A stretch of DNA of 42,769 nucleotides, taken from assembly GCA_043771735.1 (NCBI GenBank), contig JAYVGW010000041.1, positions 1 through 42,769 on the forward strand, given 5' to 3'. Shown one piece after another: positions 18,652 through 27,396 of the stretch. The stretch comes from Methyloglobulus sp. (lineage in GTDB: Bacteria > Pseudomonadota > Gammaproteobacteria > Methylococcales > Methylomonadaceae). The first letter of the stretch is position 1, and every line of letters starts with the position of its first letter. Position numbers and translations under genes: made by a program. The notes below the pieces were generated by a model, which had not been told where the DNA came from, made no database searches, and worked only from the letters and a program-made list of their open reading frames with translations.

Positions 18652-21294
18652 TCAATAGACAGTATTGGGCGTTACGGTATTGCCTCCGACGAAATCCCGA
18701 ACATTTGCTTTTTTGTGGCCAGAAACCGTGTTGTTAGTAACCGTGTTCTTAGTCGCCCTGTCCCACATCTGGATACCAATACTGCTTTGGACCACACCAC
18801 TAGCCCCATTAGCGGTGACCGTATTGCCGGTGACCATATTGTTCAATGACCCAGAGATCAATGATATCCCAGCCTGGCGGTTGAGTTTGACTATATTGTT
18901 GCTTATCCGGTGGCCTGAGGTACGGGCTATAGCGATGCCGTCAGCGCCAGTACCAATGCCGTTGCCCGTCACAGTGTTGCCATTTAAAGTCACCGTATTA
19001 ATGGACGAGCCAGATGCGGGTGCCGTTAATTTTATTCCCCAGCCTTTGTTGTTGAGTGCCTGGGAGTTCAATATTTGCACATTGCTGACAACATCATTCG
19101 CATTAGGCTCTATCTGGACGCCCGATTGCGGAAGAACGCCATTCGAGTTTTTGAAAATGGAGTCCTTCACGACCGCCCCATTGGCAGAGACGATAGAAAT
19201 CCCCTGGCGGCGGTTATTGTCCGCAACAACCGAGCATACTTTGGTGTTCTTGGAAACATTCCCTATCAAAAAACCATCGCCCCACATGTTAACAGCAGTT
19301 ACCCCCTGAATGACGACATTAGTAGCCCCTAGCACAAGGGCGCCATGTCCCCACTCACCGGTAGTCCCTTGGTGTTGTGTGCGTTCACCTTGTAACTTGC
19401 CACCAATGACGTTGACATTGGAGACATTTTCAATCCGGAGTATGCTGTACTTTCCACTACTTGTCGGCATCGCTTTCAAGATCGCGGCGCTGGTCATTTT
19501 TATGGTCATGTTGCTCTTAGGGAACAGCCCAGTGGGTGCGGCATTGATCATGTAAGTGCCGTCAGGGATCAGGACCGTCCCACCTGTGCCTGCCACTTGG
19601 TTGATAGCGGCTTGAATAGCGGCCGTGTCATTCGCACTGCCGTTACCCTTTGCGCCTTTATTTTTCACATTAACGACTAAAGACGACGTTGGCGCAGGCG
19701 CACAACTGGCAGTTGCCGCAGCATCCGCAGTGCTTGCAACTGGTTCAGTAGGGGTTACTGGGGTTGAAGATGTTGCGGTAGCCGATGTTATTGCGGCACT
19801 CGCTACTGAGCTTGCAGAAACATTTCCAGCTGCGTCAAGTGATGTTACTGTGTAGGTGTAGCTGGTTTCAGGCGCAAGGCCTGAATCGCTAAAAGTTGTT
19901 GCAGTAGAGCTGCCAATTTCAGCATTGTTTCGGTAAACCTTATATCCTGACACGCCTAAGTTATCGGTGGCAGCAGACCAAGACAAGGCAATTTGGGTCG
20001 AAGAACTGGCCGTCGCTTGAAGGTTTGCGGGCACTGATGGCGCTTGTGTATCAGTAGCGGCACCATTGCCGCTGCCCACAGGAATAGCCGCAGTAGAGGT
20101 AGGGACAATTTTAAAGCTATCCACTACACTTCCTTTTGTGCAGCTCACATCATTGCTGCCCCCACCTGCAGGGCCACAAATGAACGATCCATCAATCCCT
20201 GTCGTAGTAAAGTTTAATTTCAAAGCGCCTTGGTGCATGGCACGGAAAGCAGACCATGCAGGTTGAGTGCAAGTCAACCATAAGCAAGTGCCATCCTGGG
20301 CAAGAGTTGTACCCCCGATTCCAGCGGTAACATGGACTACCCCATGTTGCGGATGGCTTCTTTCGTAATTTCGGCTTTGAGAATTGAGGTTTAACACATA
20401 CTTACTATGCTTATCTCCTAAAGTATTTAGCATGCTTTTAAGCGCATAAGAGCCAGGAAAACGACCTGAAGAGTAAGCGGTGTTGTACCCGAATGTAACG
20501 ATGTATTGAATTTTTGGATCAGCTTGAGCTTGCGCCATAAGGGCATCAGCTTTGGTGTTCCAATCTGACCAAGCACCTGTCCATGCACCTGGAAACGCAA
20601 TAAATCGAGAGTTACCATAATCATACCAGTACCAATCCTCGCCCCCAGCTAATGGGGTGCCTGGAGAAGTCTGTGGATTCGGTAAATCAAAGCGGCCTTT
20701 ATAATTAGCAAAATTATCGTTGGCATTACCTTGCCATTCCGTAACTCCCCAAGCCGGCATATAAGCGGCTTGCTTAGACCAAGCCATAACATCGTTAAAA
20801 TGCTGGTCCACAGCAGCCTTGCCATTGGTGATGCCTCTGGCAAGATTTCCCAAACCAATAACAAAAGCTGGCTGGCCATTGGCGACAAGATCTTGAACTG
20901 CCCCCACATTGAAGTAAGAAGTGGTATCGCCGATATCACCCTGGGCATAAACGGTGAAGCCAGAACTACCCAAAGCAGGCGCAGTACGGAAGGTACGCTC
21001 AGGGCCATTGCCAATCGAATAATAATATAAGGTATTTTCCTTTAGGCCAGTGAGTTTGGCTTCCCAAAATGGCCCTTGTGATGAATTGGGCAAAGGGTTT
21101 GGAGCAACAGCAGTTACTTGGGTATATGCGCCTGACGAAAGGCCAAAGCCAATCGAGTTTTCTGCCGCAGTTCCGCGCCAGTCAAAGGTTACGGAATTTT
21201 GGCCTGTAACCGTGTAATGGATTTCGTCGGCCGCATACGCCATATTGGCCGTAACAATAGCCAAACCTAGAGGAATGAAATGAAGTTTTTTCAT
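18652..21294 (-). CDS. secreted multidomain protein, copy B: degenerate purple-acid-phosphatase-like domain + fibronectin type III + Pectate_lyase_3/GH28-like right-handed beta-helix
   Basis: Signal peptide ending AYA-A; PAP N-domain (LTGLKENTLYYYSIG), QGDIG, WYWYDYGNSRF, NYERS; FN3 DTQAPSVPANL...WSAATDNLGVSGYKVYRN; VNVKNKGAKGNGSANDTAAIQAAI...GTVLIPDGTY and Asn-ladder repeats. Confidence 0.85.
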   Translation of the reverse strand: MKKLHFIPLGLAIVTANMAYAADEIHYTVTGQNSVTFDWRGTAAENSIGFGLSSGAYTQVTAVAPNPLPNSSQGPFWEAKLTGLKENTLYYYSIGNGPERTFRTAPALGSSGFTVYAQGDIGDTTSYFNVGAVQDLVANGQPAFVIGLGNLARGITNGKAAVDQHFNDVMAWSKQAAYMPAWGVTEWQGNANDNFANYKGRFDLPNPQTSPGTPLAGGEDWYWYDYGNSRFIAFPGAWTGAWSDWNTKADALMAQAQADPKIQYIVTFGYNTAYSSGRFPGSYALKSMLNTLGDKHSKYVLNLNSQSRNYERSHPQHGVVHVTAGIGGTTLAQDGTCLWLTCTQPAWSAFRAMHQGALKLNFTTTGIDGSFICGPAGGGSNDVSCTKGSVVDSFKIVPTSTAAIPVGSGNGAATDTQAPSVPANLQATASSSTQIALSWSAATDNLGVSGYKVYRNNAEIGSSTATTFSDSGLAPETSYTYTVTSLDAAGNVSASSVASAAITSATATSSTPVTPTEPVASTADAAATASCAPAPTSSLVVNVKNKGAKGNGSANDTAAIQAAINQVAGTGGTVLIPDGTYMINAAPTGLFPKSNMTIKMTSAAILKAMPTSSGKYSILRIENVSNVNVIGGKLQGERTQHQGTTGEWGHGALVLGATNVVIQGVTAVNMWGDGFLIGNVSKNTKVCSVVADNNRRQGISIVSANGAVVKDSIFKNSNGVLPQSGVQIEPNANDVVSNVQILNSQALNNKGWGIKLTAPASGSSINTVTLNGNTVTGNGIGTGADGIAIARTSGHRISNNIVKLNRQAGISLISGSLNNMVTGNTVTANGASGVVQSSIGIQMWDRATKNTVTNNTVSGHKKANVRDFVGGNTVTPNTVY

Positions 21295-21397
21295 GATGGT
21301 TTCTCTGAAATTTATTAAAATGCTTATTTAAAAGCAAGATTAGTATTCTATTTAAGCTATTTATATGTCAGCTAACATTAATAGTATTAAATAGCAT

Positions 21398-21871
21398 TTA
21401 AGCCGCGCATTCACCCCATGCGAATGGCTGTCTTAGGACAGTATTTTTTTCATTTTTTGGGGGGATTTGACTATTATCTATAACTGAAAAGTTAATAGTT
21501 TCTTGCAAAGGCACTTCAGAGGAATCATTACAATTTTTTAGGTTAATTTCAAAACCTTTACTATCTATATTTCTAATGCCTGTTATATAGGTATTATTGT
21601 CGGCATTAACGTCGGGCTCAATAACCACAACAGGATCGACATACATCTTACTGAACTCAATCCGAGTCCAATGATCGTCGGCAACCGCACTACCCAGCTC
21701 TGCCGCGTTAGATCGAGACATTTCTATTATATTCAATAAATTAGCGTCTTTTTTTGATTCAGCATGTAAAAGAATTGGGCTAACTGACAAAACTGCTATT
21801 ATGGTTTTTATAGCAACAAGCTTGTTTACACTAGAAAATTTATGGTCGGATGATTTGATAAAATTAAACAC
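21398..21871 (-). CDS. small exported protein with a probable H-type-lectin-like beta domain
   Basis: Hydrophobic N-terminal segment; WTRIEFSKMYVDPVVV...IRNIDSKGFEINL...ETINF pattern resembles H-type lectin-like repeats (by eye). Confidence 0.55.
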   Translation of the reverse strand: MFNFIKSSDHKFSSVNKLVAIKTIIAVLSVSPILLHAESKKDANLLNIIEMSRSNAAELGSAVADDHWTRIEFSKMYVDPVVVIEPDVNADNNTYITGIRNIDSKGFEINLKNCNDSSEVPLQETINFSVIDNSQIPPKNEKNTVLRQPFAWGECAA

Positions 21872-22045
21872 TTTTATTAACTCCTGAATTATTATTTATA
21901 CAATTACTTAAAGGTTAAAATCAGCCTATTTTTAAGCTGCCTAGAAAACATCAATAAAATATTAAGCAATCCTTAAGAATTAACCCATTTTTCTAATATT
22001 GATGTTCTACTAGAACCAAAAGTAGTAAACAAAACAGAAGATTTT

Positions 22046-22061
22046 TGTGATGGAATTCACA
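22046..22061. promoter_or_regulatory. CRP-family box (proximal)
   Basis: TGTGA-tggaat-TCACA is a perfect consensus; TACTTT on the minus strand at 22024-22019 places it at -41.5. Confidence 0.8.
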
Positions 22062-22095
22062 TTAACCGTTACGCGCAAATAAAACAGTAATTTTT

Positions 22096-22111
22096 TGTGA
22101 TGTAGCTCACA
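22096..22111. promoter_or_regulatory. CRP-family box (distal)
   Basis: TGTGA-tgtagc-TCACA is a perfect consensus with AT-rich flanks, exactly 50 bp from the proximal box. Confidence 0.8.
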
Positions 22112-22698
22112 TTTTTACTAATAATTGACGAGACTTTTACAAAATTAAAGTCAATTAATCTAAATCCACTGCTCTATTGACAGCAGAATGTCTTCGAAGC
22201 AGTTAATACTTCAAAATGATCGGCTCTATAGGATTAATATGAATTGACTCTAAAAAATCTTCTTATAATCTGGCGACTACAAAAACCTATTTGGCTGCCA
22301 CCAGAGAATTGAGGTTAACAAGTAACTATTAAGGGCAGCTTAATAGCATGGCATAAATTTATAATTAAAATCAACACATTAGATCTGTTAGAGTTAAAGG
22401 CTTTGCTCCTTTTCTGACTTGAATAAACGTTATTTCTCGAGGGAATGTTGAGTTACTATCACTAGTAAATTGACTAATTTAATCTAGTATATTGATGGGG
22501 TTATAGCATTTACTTTATAAATTAGATTATGTTTATATTGGGTCGTTATTACTTCGCCAGTAAGCGGCAGGAAGGAAGCAAAAAGTGTGGACAGCTACAA
22601 TCAAGCAGGGACACGGAACTTTCACGGCAGCACCACCCTTACCTAGCTAATGCCTTTCCTTACGCTTTGATTAAAAAGCGCTTTTAGGTCAACGCATC

Positions 22699-23247
22699 TC
22701 ACGGGGACTGGATATTATCTTGATTAATTAAATTTAAGGTGTTTTCTGGCAGCTTTTCGCCCAAGGCACCCGCTCGGTGAAGGCGGGTTTCTTCATGCAC
22801 TGTCATCATTAATTGGATCAGTTGTGCTTCATATTTAATTTTTTGTTCAAAATCTTCTGCCTCCCACATGCTGTTCAGCAATGTTTTTGCATGATGGTGG
22901 ATGGTATGTGCGACCGCTTCGGGTAAGTGGGAATAACTGGCTTGTATTGCGAGCTTAAGCTGCTGTAATGATTCAAGGTATTGTCGGTAGTCTTTTATAT
23001 CTTCTTTACAGCGTGTTTTTAACATGGCAAGTTCCGACTGCTGCCGCGTTTTCAACAAATCAATTTCATGCGCCAACTGCACGCTTTTTTTGGCTAATTC
23101 TGCCGCTAATTTTTTGTCAGCAAGGATAAGTGCTTGGGAGAGCTTTATTTGCCGGCCTTGATTTTCAGCTCGCCAGTCGAGGTCTTTATCCTTGATCGAA
23201 TGGATAAGGCCAACAAGGTTATGAATCTGATATTTCAATGCTTTCAT
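22699..23247 (-). CDS. hypothetical coiled-coil protein
   Basis: 182-aa helical ORF, ATGA overlap with the upstream ORF. Confidence 0.75.
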   Translation of the reverse strand: MKALKYQIHNLVGLIHSIKDKDLDWRAENQGRQIKLSQALILADKKLAAELAKKSVQLAHEIDLLKTRQQSELAMLKTRCKEDIKDYRQYLESLQQLKLAIQASYSHLPEAVAHTIHHHAKTLLNSMWEAEDFEQKIKYEAQLIQLMMTVHEETRLHRAGALGEKLPENTLNLINQDNIQSP

Positions 23248-23615
23248 AATGTTGCGGATCTTTTATCATCCTTTTTTAAAAGCTGTTTTCTTCTTTGTTG
23301 GGTGACATACAACAACCGCACTTTTTTAAAGTAAAAAAGCCGATTGAGGTGGTTGGTTTGGCTGGCATAAAACAACAATTTTCTTTCGATACGTTGTCTG
23401 GCGGAAAAATAACCGTAGCAGGATGCAAGGATTAATCTGAATATTGCCCATGAACCCTTCGCCAATAACAGGAAGAACCCGCATAACAAGGTTATTGAGC
23501 CTAGTTGTGACAAGCACTCAGCAAAGCCCGTTATCGTTAACTGATATAGAACGATTGCCAGCAAGAAATTAGCGATTGCGGCAAGAATAAACAGTAAAGA
23601 AAATTTAATCATCAA
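23244..23615 (-). CDS. hypothetical membrane protein (2 TM, basic tail)
   Basis: Two hydrophobic segments; translationally coupled to the downstream ORF. Confidence 0.65.
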   Translation of the reverse strand: MMIKFSLLFILAAIANFLLAIVLYQLTITGFAECLSQLGSITLLCGFFLLLAKGSWAIFRLILASCYGYFSARQRIERKLLFYASQTNHLNRLFYFKKVRLLYVTQQRRKQLLKKDDKRSATL

Positions 23616-23868
23616 AAAACCAGCCGGTTAAGGTCGCTACATCAAATCATGAAGTGAAACCTGAGCTAACCTCTCGGTAATTGTCAAAGTAGCCCAGGAA
23701 TACCCTGCCATCGTATATTGATGGCATTATTGCCCACTTCGTGGGCCACGAGTGTAACCTGTTTTTGTCAAAGTCGAAATATCGAATGTTCACAGGGCAA
23801 TAACTGCAAATTAAAATAACACCCATTGCAGATGTCGGAATCACTCGCTGTGAATTTTTAAATTGCAG

Positions 23869-24420
23869 CTAATGGCTTAATAGTTGCTCAATGGCCTGCT
23901 TCATAGCAGGGGAATTAGGCGTTACCTGACTGTCGAAATATTGCACCACCTTACCTTCGGCATTCACCAAATATTTGTTGAAATTCCACCCGGGTTCTTT
24001 TGTTTGTGTGGCCAAGGCTTTAAATAGGGGATGTGCCGATTCCCCTGTCACTTTGATGGGCGCAAACATATCAAATGTAACACCATAATTAATAAAGCAA
24101 ACTTTGGATATTTCCTGCTCATCCTTAGCTTCTTGGTTGAAATCATTGCTGGCAAAACCCAGCACCACCAGCCCCTTGTCTTTATATTGCTTGTATAACT
24201 TTTCAAGGCCGCTAAATTGCGGCGTGAAACCGCAGTGACTGGCTGTGTTGACGATCAGCAACGGTTTCCCTGCATACGCTTCGCAAATATTGAGGGTTTT
24301 TGCGGAATTCAATTTCTGGATGTTTTGGTTTAAATACTCGGGACATTGCTCGGCATTTAAGCGCGCAGACATAGTTAACATTAAAACCAACGTAAGTGTA
24401 GAAATTAACTGATAGGACAT
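23869..24420 (-). CDS. glutathione peroxidase family protein (signal peptide)
   Basis: IVNTASHCGFTPQ, FASNDFNQE, PGWNFNKYLV. Confidence 0.93.
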   Translation of the reverse strand: MSYQLISTLTLVLMLTMSARLNAEQCPEYLNQNIQKLNSAKTLNICEAYAGKPLLIVNTASHCGFTPQFSGLEKLYKQYKDKGLVVLGFASNDFNQEAKDEQEISKVCFINYGVTFDMFAPIKVTGESAHPLFKALATQTKEPGWNFNKYLVNAEGKVVQYFDSQVTPNSPAMKQAIEQLLSH

Positions 24421-24587
24421 GACAACTCCTTAATTATTTAGGTGCTTAAAAAACCAGTTTATCCGCCAATCCAGGAAACACAACCCGTGCCATGTAACCC
24501 GAAAGTGCAGATACTATGTCCAAAACCAACTCGAGAGCTTTAAGTTTGATAAAATCCTGTTTTCTATAAAGTCGATTTGGAATAATA

Positions 24588-25277
24588 ATGAAAAAAATCC
24601 TGGCGTTATCCTTTTTCCTGTTGTTTTCGTCTGGCATTCGCGCCAGTGATGACTGGGGCACGTGGATCAGCAATACTTACCAAACAGACTTTGGCGGCAG
24701 CGATTATCTAGCTTTCCTAGAATTAGCCCCTAGAACCAAAAACGACAATGGCGATTTCAGCCAGATAATCGTCAGACCCTTAGTCGGTTACAAGCTAACC
24801 AAAGAGCTGTCATTATGGCTGGGATACACTTGGCAAGGTGAATACACCAAAGGCCATGAGGATGAATTCGATAATGCCACCAACGACATCGTAGAGCAGT
24901 TGCAATGGGTACACGACCTTACGCCCGACTTGAATTTCCAATACCGTTTCCGGGTGGAGCAACGGTTCTTCGCCGATGCCGACGTGGCGTACCGTTTACG
25001 CCAACGCTTCCGGTTCCAGTACTCCATCCCAGACACGAAAGCCTACCTGATTGCGTTCGACGAGTTGTTTATCTATTTCAATGACTTGAATTACAGCCCA
25101 CGCGAGGGTTCTGTGCAACAAGGCATTAACCAAAACCGGTCTTACGTGGGTGTTGGCTATAAAATAACGCCGCATATTAACGTGGATACGGGCTATCAAC
25201 TGCAATATGTGAATAACTATGGCAAACAAGATTTGTTCAACCATGTTTGGTTGACGAACATTAATGTTAAATTTTAA
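24588..25277 (+). CDS. DUF2490-type outer-membrane beta-barrel
   Basis: Signal peptide, RFRVEQRF, RLRQRFR, DELF, QNRSYVGVGY, terminal Phe. Confidence 0.85.
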   Translation: MKKILALSFFLLFSSGIRASDDWGTWISNTYQTDFGGSDYLAFLELAPRTKNDNGDFSQIIVRPLVGYKLTKELSLWLGYTWQGEYTKGHEDEFDNATNDIVEQLQWVHDLTPDLNFQYRFRVEQRFFADADVAYRLRQRFRFQYSIPDTKAYLIAFDELFIYFNDLNYSPREGSVQQGINQNRSYVGVGYKITPHINVDTGYQLQYVNNYGKQDLFNHVWLTNINVKF

Positions 25278-25400
25278 GAAAGCCTTGGGCTTATTGGTTG
25301 CGCTCATGGTTCGACCGTTCGACAAACTCACGACTTACCACGAACGGAATCGACACAAGCCGTTAGCCCTAATATTTGAAGGACTTATCGAAGATTTTCA
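25275..25400. repeat. degenerate interspersed repeat (same family as 1435-1560)
   Basis: ggttcgaccgttcgacaaactcacgacttaccacgaacgg...ccgttagccct...gaaggactta. Confidence 0.55.
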
Positions 25401-25442
25401 TTGGAAACTGGATTTCCTGCCTTCACTACATTTTTGTAATTT

Positions 25443-26036
25443 TTGAAAAAATACCTAGTCCCGATTTTCTGCTTGTTGCATATGTCCGCCATTTTCTGGT
25501 GGACGTTGCCGCACAGCTTTGGGTCAATGATACTGGCAAGCAGTGGGAAAACCACGGTCGAAACTAAGTTGCTAAACGGGTTGATGCTGGAAGATTACCC
25601 ACATGTTATCGCACTGTTGAATGGCTATATTGATGTGACGGGAAGCCAGCAATACTGGGATTTTTTTGCGCCGCACAGCCCCAGATTTCATCAATACTTG
25701 TCTGTGTGCAATGCCATCATTGCTTATCCTGAGCAGGAAAAAATAAGTTGTAAAGGCAAGCCTTTGTTCAGCAACCTGGACGAAAACAGCCTATTATTCA
25801 ATCGCTTTGGCAGTAATCGCAGCCGTTTGTACCGCCTGACCGAAAATCTGGTTATGCTGGGTGAACCCCTGCTGTTAAAACAGTTTACCCAATATCATCA
25901 AAGCCATCATCGTGTAAAACATGCCGGCAACCGCTCCGCCCAGTTAGTGCTACATCAGTTTGAATTACATCCAGAATTGAAAGACTTGCCCAAAGCCGGT
26001 TACCGCATGGATAAGGTCTTGCTTTCCATGCCATGA
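25443..26036 (+). CDS. HTTM-associated membrane-anchored protein (DUF5819/SdpA-like QxWxxFAP motif)
   Basis: N-terminal TM, GSQQYWDFFAP; ATGA overlap with the HTTM gene. Confidence 0.65.
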   Translation: MKKYLVPIFCLLHMSAIFWWTLPHSFGSMILASSGKTTVETKLLNGLMLEDYPHVIALLNGYIDVTGSQQYWDFFAPHSPRFHQYLSVCNAIIAYPEQEKISCKGKPLFSNLDENSLLFNRFGSNRSRLYRLTENLVMLGEPLLLKQFTQYHQSHHRVKHAGNRSAQLVLHQFELHPELKDLPKAGYRMDKVLLSMP

Positions 26037-26943
26037 CCATGCAAACGGCGTGGGACAATTTTTGGTTTAAGCCGATAGATGCAAGGCAATATGCGGCACT
26101 GCGGATTGCGTTGGGTGGGTTGTCACTGGCTTATTTAACCCAGTTGTTGCCTTATGTGGAAACGCAGTTTAGCGGCGCAGGTTGGTTGGGTGATGTTCGG
26201 CAAATCGCGATACAAAACGGCGGTAGTTGGTCGCTTTTTTTCTTACAGACCGGCAATCATGCCACAACATTAGCTTATGCAATCGTTATCTTAGGATAAT
26301 ATCGGCTTTCTTGTTAATGATAGGCTGGCAGAGCCGTATGGCAGCTTGTATCACTTGGCTGGTGTGGGTTTCCTTGTGGAATCGTAACCCGCTGCTGTTA
26401 GATGGCGACGATGCCGTGCTTAAACTCATGTGCTTTTATTTAATGTTGTCGCCGTGCGGAAACTGCTGGTCAGTTGATGCCTATTTCCACAAAACACCTC
26501 AACACGTTGCCGTTTGGTCACTACGTTTGATGCAATTTCAGATAGCATTGATCTATTTCGTCTCCGGTTGGGTTAAATTCCACAGCCCAGAATGGCTGGA
26601 TGGCACGATTATGCAATACGTGATGACCCATCCGCAGTATTCGCGTTGGGATGGCTGGGCGGTTATCGACAAACCGCTAATGTCGGGGTTATTGGCGGGA
26701 CTTGCCGCATTTATAAGGTGGTGGGAACTGTTATTCCCGTTCTTGCTAATCAATGTGCATACCCGTAAGGCAAGTATCGTGATAGGCGTTTTATTTCATG
26801 TCGGCCTACTGCTCACCATGAACCTACGATGGTTTGCGGTTATCATGTTGGCGCTTTATCTGGCGCTGGTGTCAAATAGCCGCTTTCTTGCTTTAGAGGA
26901 GGCGCGGCTTAAATACTTCAGAGTATCGGATAAGGCGCAATAG
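26033..26943 (+). pseudogene. HTTM-domain (vitamin K-dependent gamma-carboxylase-like) membrane protein with a 1-bp frameshift
   Basis: 5' ORF WDNFWF...LRIALG stops at 26299; 3' frame has DGDD, WSVDA, QIALIYFVSGWVK...EWLDG, WEL, GVLFH; adding one base at 26295/26296 gives ~303 aa. Confidence 0.85.
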
Positions 26944-27012
26944 CCGTCTAGCGTATTGCGCCAAAATTTGCACTAATTGTCCAAATCCGGGTTTTACAAA
27001 AGCTTTTGAAAA

Positions 27013-27396
27013 TTATTCAGCAACTTTTACCAACCAACCGCCTGCTCCCTTACAATTGCTTTGTGCGTCGGCGGCGATTGCAATCCTGGCAAAACCGCCT
27101 TTTGCCGATGCAGGCAGCTTGCCGTTGACCGCAAAGGTGCCGTCACTTTTTTTATCGACTTTTGTATCGGCAGCTTGGCCTTTTACGGTGACTTTAATGG
27201 TCGTTGGATAGGTATTTTTAGATGCGGTGAAAGAAAACTCTGAACCCGCTGCAACTTGGGCATTTTCTGCCGGAACAAAATTGGTGAATTTGGGCTTGTC
27301 ACAGGCTTTTGAGCTGCTGCTTCCGCCGCCGTAAGCCCAGCAGGTGCTGGTAAAAATCATTAGAGCAAAAACCCATAAGCAATTCGCTTGTTTCAT
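27013..27396 (-). CDS. secreted hypothetical beta-rich protein with paired Cys
   Basis: Signal peptide (TCWA-Y), KACDKP...SNCKG; GAGG RBS. Confidence 0.8.
   Translation of the reverse strand: MKQANCLWVFALMIFTSTCWAYGGGSSSSKACDKPKFTNFVPAENAQVAAGSEFSFTASKNTYPTTIKVTVKGQAADTKVDKKSDGTFAVNGKLPASAKGGFARIAIAADAQSNCKGAGGWLVKVAE

Noticed and set aside
15586-19555. Paired antisense ORFs (15586-16239, 18665-19309 and similar)
   Set aside because: Shadow frames of the duplicated beta-helix coding strand
18652-19700. Beta-helix as an AlgE mannuronan epimerase or a phage tailspike
   Set aside because: No DPH(E/D) catalytic motif or RTX modules; it has a Sec signal peptide and there are no phage genes nearby
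22560-22585. GGAAGGAAGCA resembling the SRP (4.5S) RNA domain IV
   Set aside because: Lacks the CAGG-TCC-GGAA-GGA stem and the long flanking helix
23647-23844. 65-aa ORF between the peroxidase and the hypothetical pair
   Set aside because: No RBS or motif; probably spurious
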